From positions 6,995 through 70,994 of the forward strand of contig CAVXYT010000023.1 in NCBI GenBank assembly GCA_963765995.1: a stretch of 64,000 nt of DNA, read 5' to 3'. Positions 19,794-28,379 of this stretch are shown piece after piece. Within the stretch, counting starts at the first letter, position 1; each line of letters starts with the position of its first letter. The stretch comes from an uncultured Acidobacteriaceae bacterium. Its GTDB lineage: Bacteria; Acidobacteriota; Terriglobia; Terriglobales; Acidobacteriaceae. A program made the translations under genes and the position numbers. Under the pieces are notes generated by a model, which saw only the letters and a list, made by a program, of their open reading frames with translations, had not been told where the DNA came from and did not search any database.

Positions 19794-21401
19794 ATGGCGG
19801 CACACAGCGCGGGGCTTGTGCGGGAGCGCGTGGACAGGTTTCTCAAACTTGAGAAAGATATGGCGGAGAAAACAGAAGGAAGCACGGCAGTTGCGGGGGA
19901 GCCGCGCTTGTGCCCGGAGAAGCTCAACCGAGAGGAGCTGGAGCGATTTGGGCGGATTCTGGATTCCCGGCCGTCGAGCATGCGGGGGCGGACGGTGGGC
20001 ATGGCGCTGGCCGAGCAGCTTTTGCAGGTAAGGACGCGGGATGGGAGCACGGCGCCGTTGAAGGCGAACGCGGTGCAGCGAGCCTTTGAGCGGCGGCGGG
20101 GCGAGCGGAATATCGTGCTGAAGGCGCGGCAGATGGGGTTGACGACCTGGGCGGCAGCGCGGTTTTTTCTGAAGACGATTACCCGGCCGGGGACACTGAC
20201 GCTGGAGGTTGCGCACACGCAGGAGGCGGCCGAGGAGATCTTCCAGATCGTTCACCGGTTTGTGGACTGGCTACCGGAGGAACTGCGCGAAGGTCCGCTG
20301 CGGACCTCGCGAGCCAATGTGCGGCAGATTGTGTTTCCGGAGATGGATTCGCAGTACAGAGTGGTATCGGCGGGCGAGCGGAACGCGGGGCGGGGATTGA
20401 CGGTGCAGAATCTGCACTGCTCGGAGCAGGCGCGCTGGCCGGGCGATCCGGCGGAGACGCTGGCGGGATTGCGAGCGGCGATGGCGCCGGGAGCGGAGCT
20501 GATTCTGGAGTCGACGCCGGAAGGAGTGGGCGGATGCTTCCACGAGGAGTGGCAGAAGGCCGGCGAGACGGGGATGGTGCGGCACTTCTTTCCCTGGTGG
20601 ATGGAGCAGCGGTACCGGGCCAGGGCGGCGGATAAGGCGAGCCTGACGAACGAAGAGCGGGACCTGATGGCGCACCGCAAACTGGACCTGGAGCAGATTG
20701 GTTATCGACGGCAGATACGGGCGGATTTTCGCGGGCTGGCGCGGCAGGAGTATGCGGAAGATTGCGAAAGCTGCTTTCTGGCCAGCGGGGATTCGGTCTT
20801 TGAGCTGGCGGCGATTGAAGCGCGGCTGGCAACATCGACCGAACCGATTGAACGGCGGCAAAATGGGGAGTTGGAGATTTGGCTGCCGCCGCTCAAGGGC
20901 AAACAGTACCTGGTGGCGGTTGATCCGGCCGGCGGCGGGAGCGAGGGCGACTACTCGGCGGCGCAGGTGCTGGAGCTGGAGACGGGGCTGCAGTGCGCGG
21001 AGTTTGCCGGACACATGGGGGGTCTGGAGCTGGCGCGGCTGGTGACGGCGCTGGCCGATGAGTACAACCAGGCGTGGCTGGTGGTGGAGAGGAATAACCA
21101 CGGGAGCGGCGTTCTGGCGCTGATCGAGACGGCGTGCGGTTACGGGAAGATCTACCGGCAGGGTGGGCAGGCGGGCTGGCTGACGACGTCGGTGAGCCGG
21201 CCGGCGGCGCTGGGGCGGCTGAATGCTGGGCTGGTGGAGGAGCCGGAGCGTTTTCAGAGCCGGAAGTTGCTGGCCGAGTGCCGGAGTTTTGTGCGCCGGC
21301 CGGACGGCGGGAGCGGGGCGCGGCCGGGGACGCATGACGACCGGGTGATGGCGATGGCAATCGGGCTGGGGGCGCGGGCGGAGTTGGTAGGGAAAAGCTA
21401 G
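19794..21401 (+). CDS. Terminase large subunit
   Basis: Walker A IVLKARQMGLTT, Walker B LHCSE, ESTPEG coupling motif, nuclease YLVAVDPAGG..DYSA and HDDRVMA. Confidence 0.92.
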   Translation: MAAHSAGLVRERVDRFLKLEKDMAEKTEGSTAVAGEPRLCPEKLNREELERFGRILDSRPSSMRGRTVGMALAEQLLQVRTRDGSTAPLKANAVQRAFERRRGERNIVLKARQMGLTTWAAARFFLKTITRPGTLTLEVAHTQEAAEEIFQIVHRFVDWLPEELREGPLRTSRANVRQIVFPEMDSQYRVVSAGERNAGRGLTVQNLHCSEQARWPGDPAETLAGLRAAMAPGAELILESTPEGVGGCFHEEWQKAGETGMVRHFFPWWMEQRYRARAADKASLTNEERDLMAHRKLDLEQIGYRRQIRADFRGLARQEYAEDCESCFLASGDSVFELAAIEARLATSTEPIERRQNGELEIWLPPLKGKQYLVAVDPAGGGSEGDYSAAQVLELETGLQCAEFAGHMGGLELARLVTALADEYNQAWLVVERNNHGSGVLALIETACGYGKIYRQGGQAGWLTTSVSRPAALGRLNAGLVEEPERFQSRKLLAECRSFVRRPDGGSGARPGTHDDRVMAMAIGLGARAELVGKS

Positions 21402-21557
21402 TGGTCAGGGATCAGGGGTCAGGGGTCAGGGGTCAGGGGTCAGGGGTCAGATGAATTGTTCGCGCCATTTTCGGGATGTCAAGCATTTCTTCAGAAGATC
21501 AATCTGCTCGCGCCATCGAAGAGAAACTGATCACTGACCACTGTTCACTGTTCACTG
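21401..21557. repeat. Inverted heptamer-repeat arms between terminase and kinase genes
   Basis: GTGGTCA GGGATCA (GGGGTCA)x5 at 21401-21449; TGATCAC TGACCAC TGTTCAC TGTTCAC at 21528-21555. Confidence 0.85.
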
Positions 21558-21571
21558 TCAACGCTTAGAAT
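21544..21571 (+). promoter_or_regulatory. Candidate sigma70 promoter for the kinase/DUF3037 pair
   Basis: TTCACT-N16-TAGAAT, the -35 lying inside the heptamer arm; GGGGGA Shine-Dalgarno before TTG 21607. Confidence 0.45.
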
Positions 21572-21606
21572 TCGATTGTGGCTGTGGACGCGGCGGGGGA
21601 ACGGGC

Positions 21607-22479
21607 TTGGCGGTACTGGCGGTGCAGCATATCCGGCGGATGCGGGGCGGAGCGCAGGGCCAGTTGATGCTGGGCGCGGACGGCCAGGTCTACGTGGTGA
21701 AGTTCCAGAACAACCCGCAGCATATGCGGGTGCTGGCCAACGAGTTTCTGGCCTCACGGCTGGCGGCGGCGGCCGGGCTGGCGGCGCCGGAGACGGAACT
21801 GGTGGAGGTTTCGAGCTGGCTGGTGGAGAATACACCGGAGCTGGAGATCGACCTGGGCAGGAAACGGGTCCGGTGCCAGGCGGGCTTGCAGTTCGGATCA
21901 AGATTTGTGGGCGGCCTGATGCCGGGGCAGGTGGTGGACTACCTGCCCGAGGAGCAGATGACCGAGGTGAGAAACCTGGGCGAGTTTGCCGGCATCCTGG
22001 CGCTGGACAAGTGGACCGGCAATGCGAATGGCAGGCAGGCGGTCTTCGCGCGCAAACAGCGGGAAAGGCGCTACCGGGCGGTTTTTATCGACTACGGGTA
22101 TTGCTTTCACGCCGGGGAATGGAGGTTCGAGGATCTTCCGCTGCGCGGGGTGTATTACCGCAACGATGTCTACCGGGAGATCAGAGGATGGGAATCCTTT
22201 GAGCCCTGGCTGACGCGGCTGGAGACGATGGCGGCGGAGACGGTGTGGGCGGCGGCCAGCGAGGTACCCCCTGAATGGTATGGCGGCGATCTGAGCGAGA
22301 TGGAAGCGCTGGTGGAGAAGCTGCTCCAGCGGCGGAGCCGGATTCGCAAGCTGATTGAAGGATTCGGGAAGTCGGATCGGAAGCCATTTCCGAAATGGGG
22401 CGGGATGGGGAAAGATGTGATGGAAGAGGGTTGGAAAGAGGAACGGTGGGGGACTAACATGACGGGGAGAGTGAATTAG
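21607..22479 (+). CDS. HipA-like (HipA_2-type) Ser/Thr kinase
   Basis: Gly loop MRGGAQ, YVVKF, LANEFLA, FGSRF, catalytic-loop region LDKWTGNANGRQ, DFG-equivalent FIDYGYCF. Confidence 0.85.
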   Translation: MAVLAVQHIRRMRGGAQGQLMLGADGQVYVVKFQNNPQHMRVLANEFLASRLAAAAGLAAPETELVEVSSWLVENTPELEIDLGRKRVRCQAGLQFGSRFVGGLMPGQVVDYLPEEQMTEVRNLGEFAGILALDKWTGNANGRQAVFARKQRERRYRAVFIDYGYCFHAGEWRFEDLPLRGVYYRNDVYREIRGWESFEPWLTRLETMAAETVWAAASEVPPEWYGGDLSEMEALVEKLLQRRSRIRKLIEGFGKSDRKPFPKWGGMGKDVMEEGWKEERWGTNMTGRVN

Positions 22480-22504
22480 AACGAGGCCAGGCGACAGCCA
22501 GATC

Positions 22505-23380
22505 ATGAGTAGCGGAAACGAACGGCGGGCATGCGAGTTTCAACTGCTCCGGTATGTGCCGGATGCGGTGCGGAACGAGTATGTGCATATCGGGGTGATC
22601 CTCCGCGAGCAGGGCGGCGGGCCAACGGAGATCCGGCTTACCCGCGACTGGCGCCGCGTGCGCTGTCTGGATCCGGAGGCCGACACCGCGCTGCTGGAGG
22701 GGATGGAGAGCGAGCTGCGCAGGCGCTTTGAGGCCGAGCCGGATGGGAATCTGATGCGGTTGCTCAGCGAATCGCTCTCGCTGAGCGTGCAGATGACCGA
22801 ACCCAAGGCGTACCTGGCGGAGAGCCTTCCGGCGGGGATGGAAGAGTTGATGCGGCTTTACGTGGAGCCGCCGCCGAGAGAACGAATCCCGCGGCTGAGC
22901 GGCCGGGCGGCGATTCAGGCGAGGATGCGGACAGAGTTTGAACGGGCCGGGGTGTGGGATCTGCTGAGAAAGAAGATTGCGGCTTCGGAGTACACGCGAC
23001 CGGGGGATCCGCTGCGGATTGACGTGGGGTACCGGCCGAATGGGGTGCGCCACCCCGCGGACAAAGACCCGTCCGCGGGGACCCCGTTCATCCGCATGTT
23101 TCACGCGGTGAGCCTGGAGCCGGGCGTGGAGATGGCCAAGGTGCTGGCATTTTCGGCGGCGGGATTGCGGGCCGGCGTGGAGCGCGTGGAGAAGGCCAGC
23201 CTGGAGCTGACCGCGGTGATCGAGCCCGCATTGAAGCTGGGAGCTACCGGCGAGGAGCCGGAGCGGCTGGAGATGTACCGGTTTGGCGTGGAGACGATGG
23301 AAGAAAACCTCATAAGGGTGCTGACGACGTCGGACCTGGGGCGGGTGGCGGAGACGGCGCGGCGGGAGCTGCGGGTGTGA
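22505..23380 (+). CDS. DUF3037 family protein (partner of HipA-like kinase)
   Basis: N-terminal FQLLRYVPDAVRNEYVHIGVIL signature; directly downstream of the kinase. Confidence 0.85.
   Translation: MSSGNERRACEFQLLRYVPDAVRNEYVHIGVILREQGGGPTEIRLTRDWRRVRCLDPEADTALLEGMESELRRRFEAEPDGNLMRLLSESLSLSVQMTEPKAYLAESLPAGMEELMRLYVEPPPRERIPRLSGRAAIQARMRTEFERAGVWDLLRKKIAASEYTRPGDPLRIDVGYRPNGVRHPADKDPSAGTPFIRMFHAVSLEPGVEMAKVLAFSAAGLRAGVERVEKASLELTAVIEPALKLGATGEEPERLEMYRFGVETMEENLIRVLTTSDLGRVAETARRELRV
23051..23085 (+). repeat. 35-bp palindromic repeat family A, inside DUF3037 gene
   Basis: CACCCCGCGGACAAAGACCCGTCCGCGGGGACCCC, translated HPADKDPSAGTP. Confidence 0.88.
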
Positions 23381-23385
23381 GGACA

Positions 23386-23567
23386 GTTGTCAGTGATCAG
23401 TTGTCAGTTCTTTTCGTATAGATTGCAGCTGACGGAAAATTATCAGCACAGGCTTGCAGATAATTATCGGTGTTTGCGGTAGGATCGATTTTGTTGTGAA
23501 GTTCAAGCGGTTGGAAGTCACGGTCTGTCGGCGGGTAGCTGATCACTGACCACTGACAACTGATCAC
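23386..23567. repeat. Inverted heptamer-repeat arms between DUF3037 and portal genes
   Basis: GTTGTCA GTGATCA GTTGTCA at 23386-23406; TGATCAC TGACCAC TGACAAC TGATCAC at 23540-23567. Confidence 0.85.
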
Positions 23568-23579
23568 TGGCGAAGATGA

Positions 23580-23615
23580 GGCATGGCCCTTTCCGGGGCT
23601 GTGCCTTTTTGTTTT
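23580..23615 (+). terminator. Intrinsic terminator immediately upstream of the portal gene
   Basis: Stem GGCATGGCCC / GGGCTGTGCC (10 bp, 2 G-U), 6-nt loop, followed by TTTTTGTTTT. Confidence 0.7.
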
Positions 23616-23635
23616 GGGGCGGCGGGAAAAGGAAG

Positions 23636-24913
23636 GTGCGCGTGAAGGTAGGAGAGCAGTTGCGGGAGATCTGGCGGCAGGCGACCGGAAGTGGCCGCAG
23701 GACGGAGATAGCGGCGGGCGCGGCAGATGCGGAGGCGGAGCGCAGGACGCTGGCGCTGCCTGCGATCCTGAGCCCGGTCCAGTTTCCGGGACAACACTTG
23801 CCCAAGCCGACACCGATGAATCTGCGTAGATTTGCGGAGACCCCGGTTGTCCGGCGAGCGATCAACGTGATCAAGGATCGCATTGCGGCCATGGACTGGC
23901 AGGTGAGGGTGCGGCGCGGCGTGAGGCCGGGAGATTTGGCCTTTGCGGAACGCAAGCTGCGCGCGCTGCGCCGCACGCTGGAAGAGCCGAATGCGACGGA
24001 CAGTTTTCGGACCTTGATTGAACAGGTGATTGAGGACGCGCTTACGGGCGGGTACGGGGCCATCGAGATGGAGCCGACCGGCGACACAGAGCGGCCGGCG
24101 ATGCTGTGGGCGGTGGATGGGGCGTCGATCCGGATCAATCCACGCTGGGACGGACAGCCGGAGACGCCCCGGTATGCGCAGGCGATGCCGGGGCAACTGG
24201 AGTCGAGCGCGATCGAGTTGCGCGACGACCAGCTTATGTATGTGCGCATGAATCCGCGCAGCTTTACGCCCTTCGGGCTGGGACCGCTGGAAGTGGCCTT
24301 CGAGACGGTGAACCAGTTCTTGAGCGCGCACCGATTTGCAGGCAAGCTGGCGGCGAACGCGGTGGCGCAGTATGCGCTGTGGCTGAACGAGGCGACGCCC
24401 GCGCAGCACGACCGGCTGATTCGCTGGTGGCAGGACGAGATCGAGGGAACAGGGCGGGTGCCGTTGATTTCGACCGAGCAGAAGCCGGAGGTACTGCGCT
24501 TTGCCCAGGGGACGGACGCGGATATGCGGCTGGCCTGGCAGGAGTTTCTGATCCGCATGGTGGCTAACTCCTTCGGGCTGCCGCCGCTGATGCTGGGACT
24601 GGAGGCGGATGTCAACCAATCGACCGCGTCGGAGATGACCGATGAGGCCTTCCGCGGGGCGATCTCGCCGTTGGCGATGCTGCTGGCCGGGCACATTACC
24701 CGTGACCTGTTCGGCAAGTGCATTGGCTGGCGGGAGTTTGAGTTTGTCTTCAACGAACTGAACGCGAGGGACGAGGAGACGGAGCTGGCGGTGCAGGTGC
24801 AACTGCTGCAGGCCGGCGTGTTGACGGTGAACGAGGTGCGGGCGATGCGGGGATTGGGACCGCTGGGGCAGGATGGGGCGGCGCAGTTGACGGGCGGAGC
24901 GGAGAGCGCATGA
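23636..24913 (+). CDS. Phage portal protein (HK97-like)
   Basis: VRRAINVIKDRIA, LIEQVIED.LTGGYG.IE, FGLGPLE, FGLPPLMLG, GVLTVNEVRAMRGLGPL; GTG 23636 with GGAAGG upstream (ORF open from 23576). Confidence 0.9.
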   Translation: MRVKVGEQLREIWRQATGSGRRTEIAAGAADAEAERRTLALPAILSPVQFPGQHLPKPTPMNLRRFAETPVVRRAINVIKDRIAAMDWQVRVRRGVRPGDLAFAERKLRALRRTLEEPNATDSFRTLIEQVIEDALTGGYGAIEMEPTGDTERPAMLWAVDGASIRINPRWDGQPETPRYAQAMPGQLESSAIELRDDQLMYVRMNPRSFTPFGLGPLEVAFETVNQFLSAHRFAGKLAANAVAQYALWLNEATPAQHDRLIRWWQDEIEGTGRVPLISTEQKPEVLRFAQGTDADMRLAWQEFLIRMVANSFGLPPLMLGLEADVNQSTASEMTDEAFRGAISPLAMLLAGHITRDLFGKCIGWREFEFVFNELNARDEETELAVQVQLLQAGVLTVNEVRAMRGLGPLGQDGAAQLTGGAESA

Positions 24914-25410
24914 GACTGGAAGCGATGGCGGTAAAGATTCCCCATGTGGACGGGCACCCCAACCGGGTGGCGTTTGAAGGGGTGTTGACGATGGTGAATT
25001 CAGCCAGCGACAAGGCGCCGGCGGGGGCGCGCGGACACCGGGTGATGCTGACCCGCGAGGCGGCGGAGAAGGCGCTGCCTTCGCTGCTGGGCATGGCGGT
25101 GGACTACCGGCCGGGATGGGACGGCCACGACGCGCGGCGCAAGATCGGGTTGCTGACCGAGGCGGATCTGGCGGGCCAGCGACTGGTGGTTCGCGGGTAT
25201 CTCTACGCGCGAGACTTTCCCGAGGTGGCCGAGGCCATACAGGCGCAGACTCCCGAGGCGCTGGGCATGAGTTATGAACTGGCCGACGCGCGGGTGGAAG
25301 ATATGCGGGCCGATGTGTGGAAGCTGACCCGCGTGACCTTTACCGGAGCGGCAATCCTGCTGCGGGACAAGGCGGCTTACCGGGCCACCAGCTTCCGCAT
25401 GGCGAGTTAG
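24910..25410 (+). CDS. Prohead (maturation) protease-like protein
   Basis: GHD and GMSYE motifs matching the His/Ser of HK97/assemblin-type proteases; FTGAAIL; position after portal. Confidence 0.7.
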   Translation: MRLEAMAVKIPHVDGHPNRVAFEGVLTMVNSASDKAPAGARGHRVMLTREAAEKALPSLLGMAVDYRPGWDGHDARRKIGLLTEADLAGQRLVVRGYLYARDFPEVAEAIQAQTPEALGMSYELADARVEDMRADVWKLTRVTFTGAAILLRDKAAYRATSFRMAS

Positions 25411-25425
25411 CAAAAACAGTTCACT

Positions 25426-25570
25426 GTTGTCAGTTGTCAGTTCTCAGTCATTGGTTCACAGCAAGCCATCGATAGAGAGCCGTGGAGAAGTCGCGTCTCG
25501 ATAGCAGCTAACTGTAACTGATCGCTGGAAGCTGACAACTGATCACTGATCACTGAGAACTGACAACTGA
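25426..25570. repeat. Inverted heptamer-repeat arms between protease and scaffold genes
   Basis: GTTGTCA GTTGTCA GTTCTCA at 25426-25446; TGACAAC TGATCAC TGATCAC TGAGAAC TGACAAC at 25533-25567. Confidence 0.85.
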
Positions 25571-25583
25571 AGAAAGGAATGAA

Positions 25584-25982
25584 ATGGAAAACAAAGAGCA
25601 AGAGATTACGGAGCGGCTGGAAGCCGCGACGACCCTGCTGGAGCGGACACTGAGCTGGCTTGAGGAGCGGCAAGGCGTCTTGACCGGCGAAGTGGAGAGG
25701 ATTTCGGCGACCGTCGAGCAGGGCCGGCGGGAGGCGGAACTGGCGGAGAAGCTGGCCGCCGCCGAACGGGAGTTGGCCGAGGTGAAGGCTGGGGCTGCGC
25801 AAAATGTGTTGAACCCGCTGCGCAGGACGTTGCCCTCGACAACCAGCGAGATGCTGGCCAAGCACGGCATCGGCGAGGGCCCGGTGGACGTGCGGACCCT
25901 GGATGCGGCACTGGCCGGGCTGAGCCTGGAACAGCGCATCGCGGTCAAGAGCCAACTACTGCGGGCAGGCGCAATCGCATAA
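25584..25982 (+). CDS. Coiled-coil scaffold-like protein
   Basis: Glu/Ala/Leu/Arg heptad pattern; between protease and capsid genes. Confidence 0.55.
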   Translation: MENKEQEITERLEAATTLLERTLSWLEERQGVLTGEVERISATVEQGRREAELAEKLAAAERELAEVKAGAAQNVLNPLRRTLPSTTSEMLAKHGIGEGPVDVRTLDAALAGLSLEQRIAVKSQLLRAGAIA

Positions 25983-25987
25983 AAGCA

Positions 25988-26008
25988 GTTTTCAGTTGTC
26001 AGTGATCA
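25988..26008. repeat. Heptamer repeat arm before the capsid gene
   Basis: GTTTTCA GTTGTCA GTGATCA. Confidence 0.75.
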
Positions 26009-26045
26009 CTCAAGCAACGGCCCCATGGAGGGGGCGGAGAAGCCT

Positions 26046-27014
26046 ATGAACGCAACCTTTGCAGACATTCACGCGGCAGCAGACTATATCGGGCCGGGCG
26101 CTATCGAAGTTCCGTTGTATCAGACCGAAATTTTCGACATCTGCCGGCGTTCGAGCCCCTTCGGGCAGCGCATCAAGCAGGTTCCGGCGACCGGGCATCC
26201 GTCGCGGTTCTTCGAGGAGACGGCGATTCCGAATCCGGGAACGGCCGGCTTTGTGAATCCGCGCAGCATCGCGCCTACGGTGGTAAGCCCGACGCGCGTG
26301 GAGCGCAGCGTGCCGCTGAAGGCAATCGTTTCGCAGATCAACTACAACCTCTTCGACATCGAGCTGGGCGACCAGCAGAAGCAGTTTGCCTATCTCCAGG
26401 CCAAAGACCTGGTGGATACGGTGAGCGGCGTGATGGTGGCTCATGACGTGGCCTTGTGGAACGGCAACGACACCAGCCTGAGCTCGCCGACGACCACGCA
26501 GTACATGGGCGTGATTCCGCAGATTGTGGCGGGCGGCCTCACGACGACCATCGGCACGACGGCATCAATCGTGGATGGAATCAAGTCGGCTGTGGCGCAG
26601 ATGGTAGCCAATAACGGCTTCCATGTTCGGCCCACGGCGATCTACGCCAACCCCGTGCTGCTGGACCTGATCGACCGGGAGATGAAGACCGAGTTCAACG
26701 TGGTGCTGAATACCGACAACATCACGGGCGGTATTCGGGTGAAGATGCTTTCGACGCAGGCGGGCGATCTGCCGCTGATTCCGGACTGGAGCCTGAGTTA
26801 CACGGGCACGCCGGGCTCGGGCACGGCGGTTTTGCCGGCCTACATCGTGACCGAGGATCTGATCGAGTACCACTGGCTCGGCGATCCGACGCCGCGCATC
26901 TTCCAACTGGGACTGCCGAACTCGCTGACTTACCAGTATGTCGCGGTCAAATTCGGCGCGCCGGTGGTGAAGGGCGCCAACTACGCGCACTACCAGGTTC
27001 TGGTGGACCGGTAG
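26046..27014 (+). CDS. Major capsid protein (HK97 fold, SU10-like)
   Basis: 322 aa, beta-rich; DVALWNG, PTAIYANP, STQAGDLPLIPD; syntenic position portal-protease-scaffold-capsid. Confidence 0.8.
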   Translation: MNATFADIHAAADYIGPGAIEVPLYQTEIFDICRRSSPFGQRIKQVPATGHPSRFFEETAIPNPGTAGFVNPRSIAPTVVSPTRVERSVPLKAIVSQINYNLFDIELGDQQKQFAYLQAKDLVDTVSGVMVAHDVALWNGNDTSLSSPTTTQYMGVIPQIVAGGLTTTIGTTASIVDGIKSAVAQMVANNGFHVRPTAIYANPVLLDLIDREMKTEFNVVLNTDNITGGIRVKMLSTQAGDLPLIPDWSLSYTGTPGSGTAVLPAYIVTEDLIEYHWLGDPTPRIFQLGLPNSLTYQYVAVKFGAPVVKGANYAHYQVLVDR

Positions 27015-27023
27015 ACAACGGCA

Positions 27024-27117
27024 GTGATCAGTGAACAGTGGTCAGTGAACAGTAACAACTGACCGCTGTTCACTGCGTGCCGGAGTTTTGTTCTGATCAC
27101 TGACCACTGACAACTGA
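27024..27117. repeat. Inverted heptamer-repeat arms between capsid and neck genes
   Basis: GTGATCA GTGAACA GTGGTCA GTGAACA at 27024-27051; TGATCAC TGACCAC TGACAAC at 27094-27114. Confidence 0.85.
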
Positions 27118-27129
27118 AGGAAGGATCTT

Positions 27130-27753
27130 ATGGCATATCTGCAGCCAGCGGATTATCAGAATTATGGCTTGCCGGCAGGCACGACGGCGGATTGGATTAC
27201 GGCCGCCACGGCATTGATCAACAGCTACTGCAGGCGGCCAGACCTGAACGTGATCCAGTACATGGAGCGGTTGCGGCTGACCAGCGGATCGCAGACGATG
27301 TTGTTGAGCTATCTTCCATTGGCGCTTCTGGGAACGGCTACAACGCCGATAGTGAGCATCGAGGGCCGTTATGCAAGACCGCGGCGCGGCGAGTTTCCGA
27401 ACCAGCCGCTTCTGGAGATCGCGTTGGCGTTTTCGCTGCCAGGGCAGTGGACGGCGATCGATCCTAACTCCGTAGACTACGACCCCAATACCGGGGAGCT
27501 TACGCTGCCATGGAATGTGCTGGGGCTGCCTTACAACGAGGTGGCGGTGACTTATACGGCGGGGCTGGCGACGATTAGCGACGACGTGAAGACGGCGTGC
27601 GCGCAGATTGTCCGGAATGCGCAGTCCACGCCGGCTCTGAACGCAAGCAAGACCAAGATCGACACGATGCAGATGCAGTATTTCTCGAGTTCGCTGGTGG
27701 ACGAAACAGTGCAGGCCTGGCTGCGTCCCTACGTGGCGAACAGGCTGGGGTGA
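27130..27753 (+). CDS. Head-tail connector (adaptor) protein
   Basis: MAYL...ATALINSYCRR and VAVTYTAG...ISDDVKTACAQIV...L.PY pattern of gp6/gp15-like adaptors. Confidence 0.75.
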   Translation: MAYLQPADYQNYGLPAGTTADWITAATALINSYCRRPDLNVIQYMERLRLTSGSQTMLLSYLPLALLGTATTPIVSIEGRYARPRRGEFPNQPLLEIALAFSLPGQWTAIDPNSVDYDPNTGELTLPWNVLGLPYNEVAVTYTAGLATISDDVKTACAQIVRNAQSTPALNASKTKIDTMQMQYFSSSLVDETVQAWLRPYVANRLG

Positions 27754-27756
27754 AGG

Positions 27757-28191
27757 ATGAGCGATACGGCAGCGCGCAACCCTGTGGGAGCGCCGCGGAT
27801 GCTGGCCGATGCCCTGCTGCGAAGCGTGACAGGAACGACGGCCCTTCTGCGGGTGACGGGCGCAAATACGGATAGCAGTCAGTCCGAGGTGGGGCTGGTG
27901 GCAACGGCTTTTGCCGAAGTGGTGATAAGCCCGGTGGTTATGCGCAAGCTGCGGCCTACCTGGCAGGAGAATGGCGAGTCAAAGTGGGAGCTGCTGGTTT
28001 CGGCGACTGGTGTGGAACAACAGGTGAATGCGCTGGACCTGGCATCGGCCCAGTCTCTGTTTGCGATGACTCTGGCGATTACGGTAGCGGGACAGGATTA
28101 TCTGATTGAGTCGATTGGCGCAAACGAAGCCTTCGGCCAGGTGTATCTCTACCGGTTGCTGTTGCGGGAAGCAAGGCAGCAGGCAGTGTGA
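27757..28191 (+). CDS. Putative head-closure (stopper) protein
   Basis: 144 aa beta-rich ORF ending GQDYLIESIG...YLYRLLL; position after adaptor. Confidence 0.5.
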   Translation: MSDTAARNPVGAPRMLADALLRSVTGTTALLRVTGANTDSSQSEVGLVATAFAEVVISPVVMRKLRPTWQENGESKWELLVSATGVEQQVNALDLASAQSLFAMTLAITVAGQDYLIESIGANEAFGQVYLYRLLLREARQQAV

Positions 28192-28196
28192 GAGCA

Positions 28197-28372
28197 GGGA
28201 TCAGGGGTCAGGGATCAGGGGTCTTGATGCGTGATCAATGGCCAAAACCGTGTTTCCGACCCAATCGCGGCTTTTTGTCAACGAACATTGACCCGGAAAG
28301 GTGAGTGGGAAAGCAAGGGAAGTTGATCAAGGAGAGGTTTTCTGATCCCTGATCCCTGACCCCTGATTCCTG
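28197..28372. repeat. Inverted heptamer-repeat arms before the tail genes
   Basis: GGGATCA GGGGTCA GGGATCA at 28197-28217; TGATCCC TGATCCC TGACCCC TGATTCC at 28343-28370. Confidence 0.85.
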
Positions 28373-28379
28373 TCTTCTT

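Noticed and set aside
21451-21482. Antisense promoter into terL (TTGACA on the minus strand)
   Set aside because: The -10 position reads AACAAT/ACAATT, lacking the conserved first T; too weak to call
21401-28372. Heptamer arrays as CRISPR repeats
   Set aside because: Units are 7 nt, tandem, with no unique spacers, and no cas genes are present
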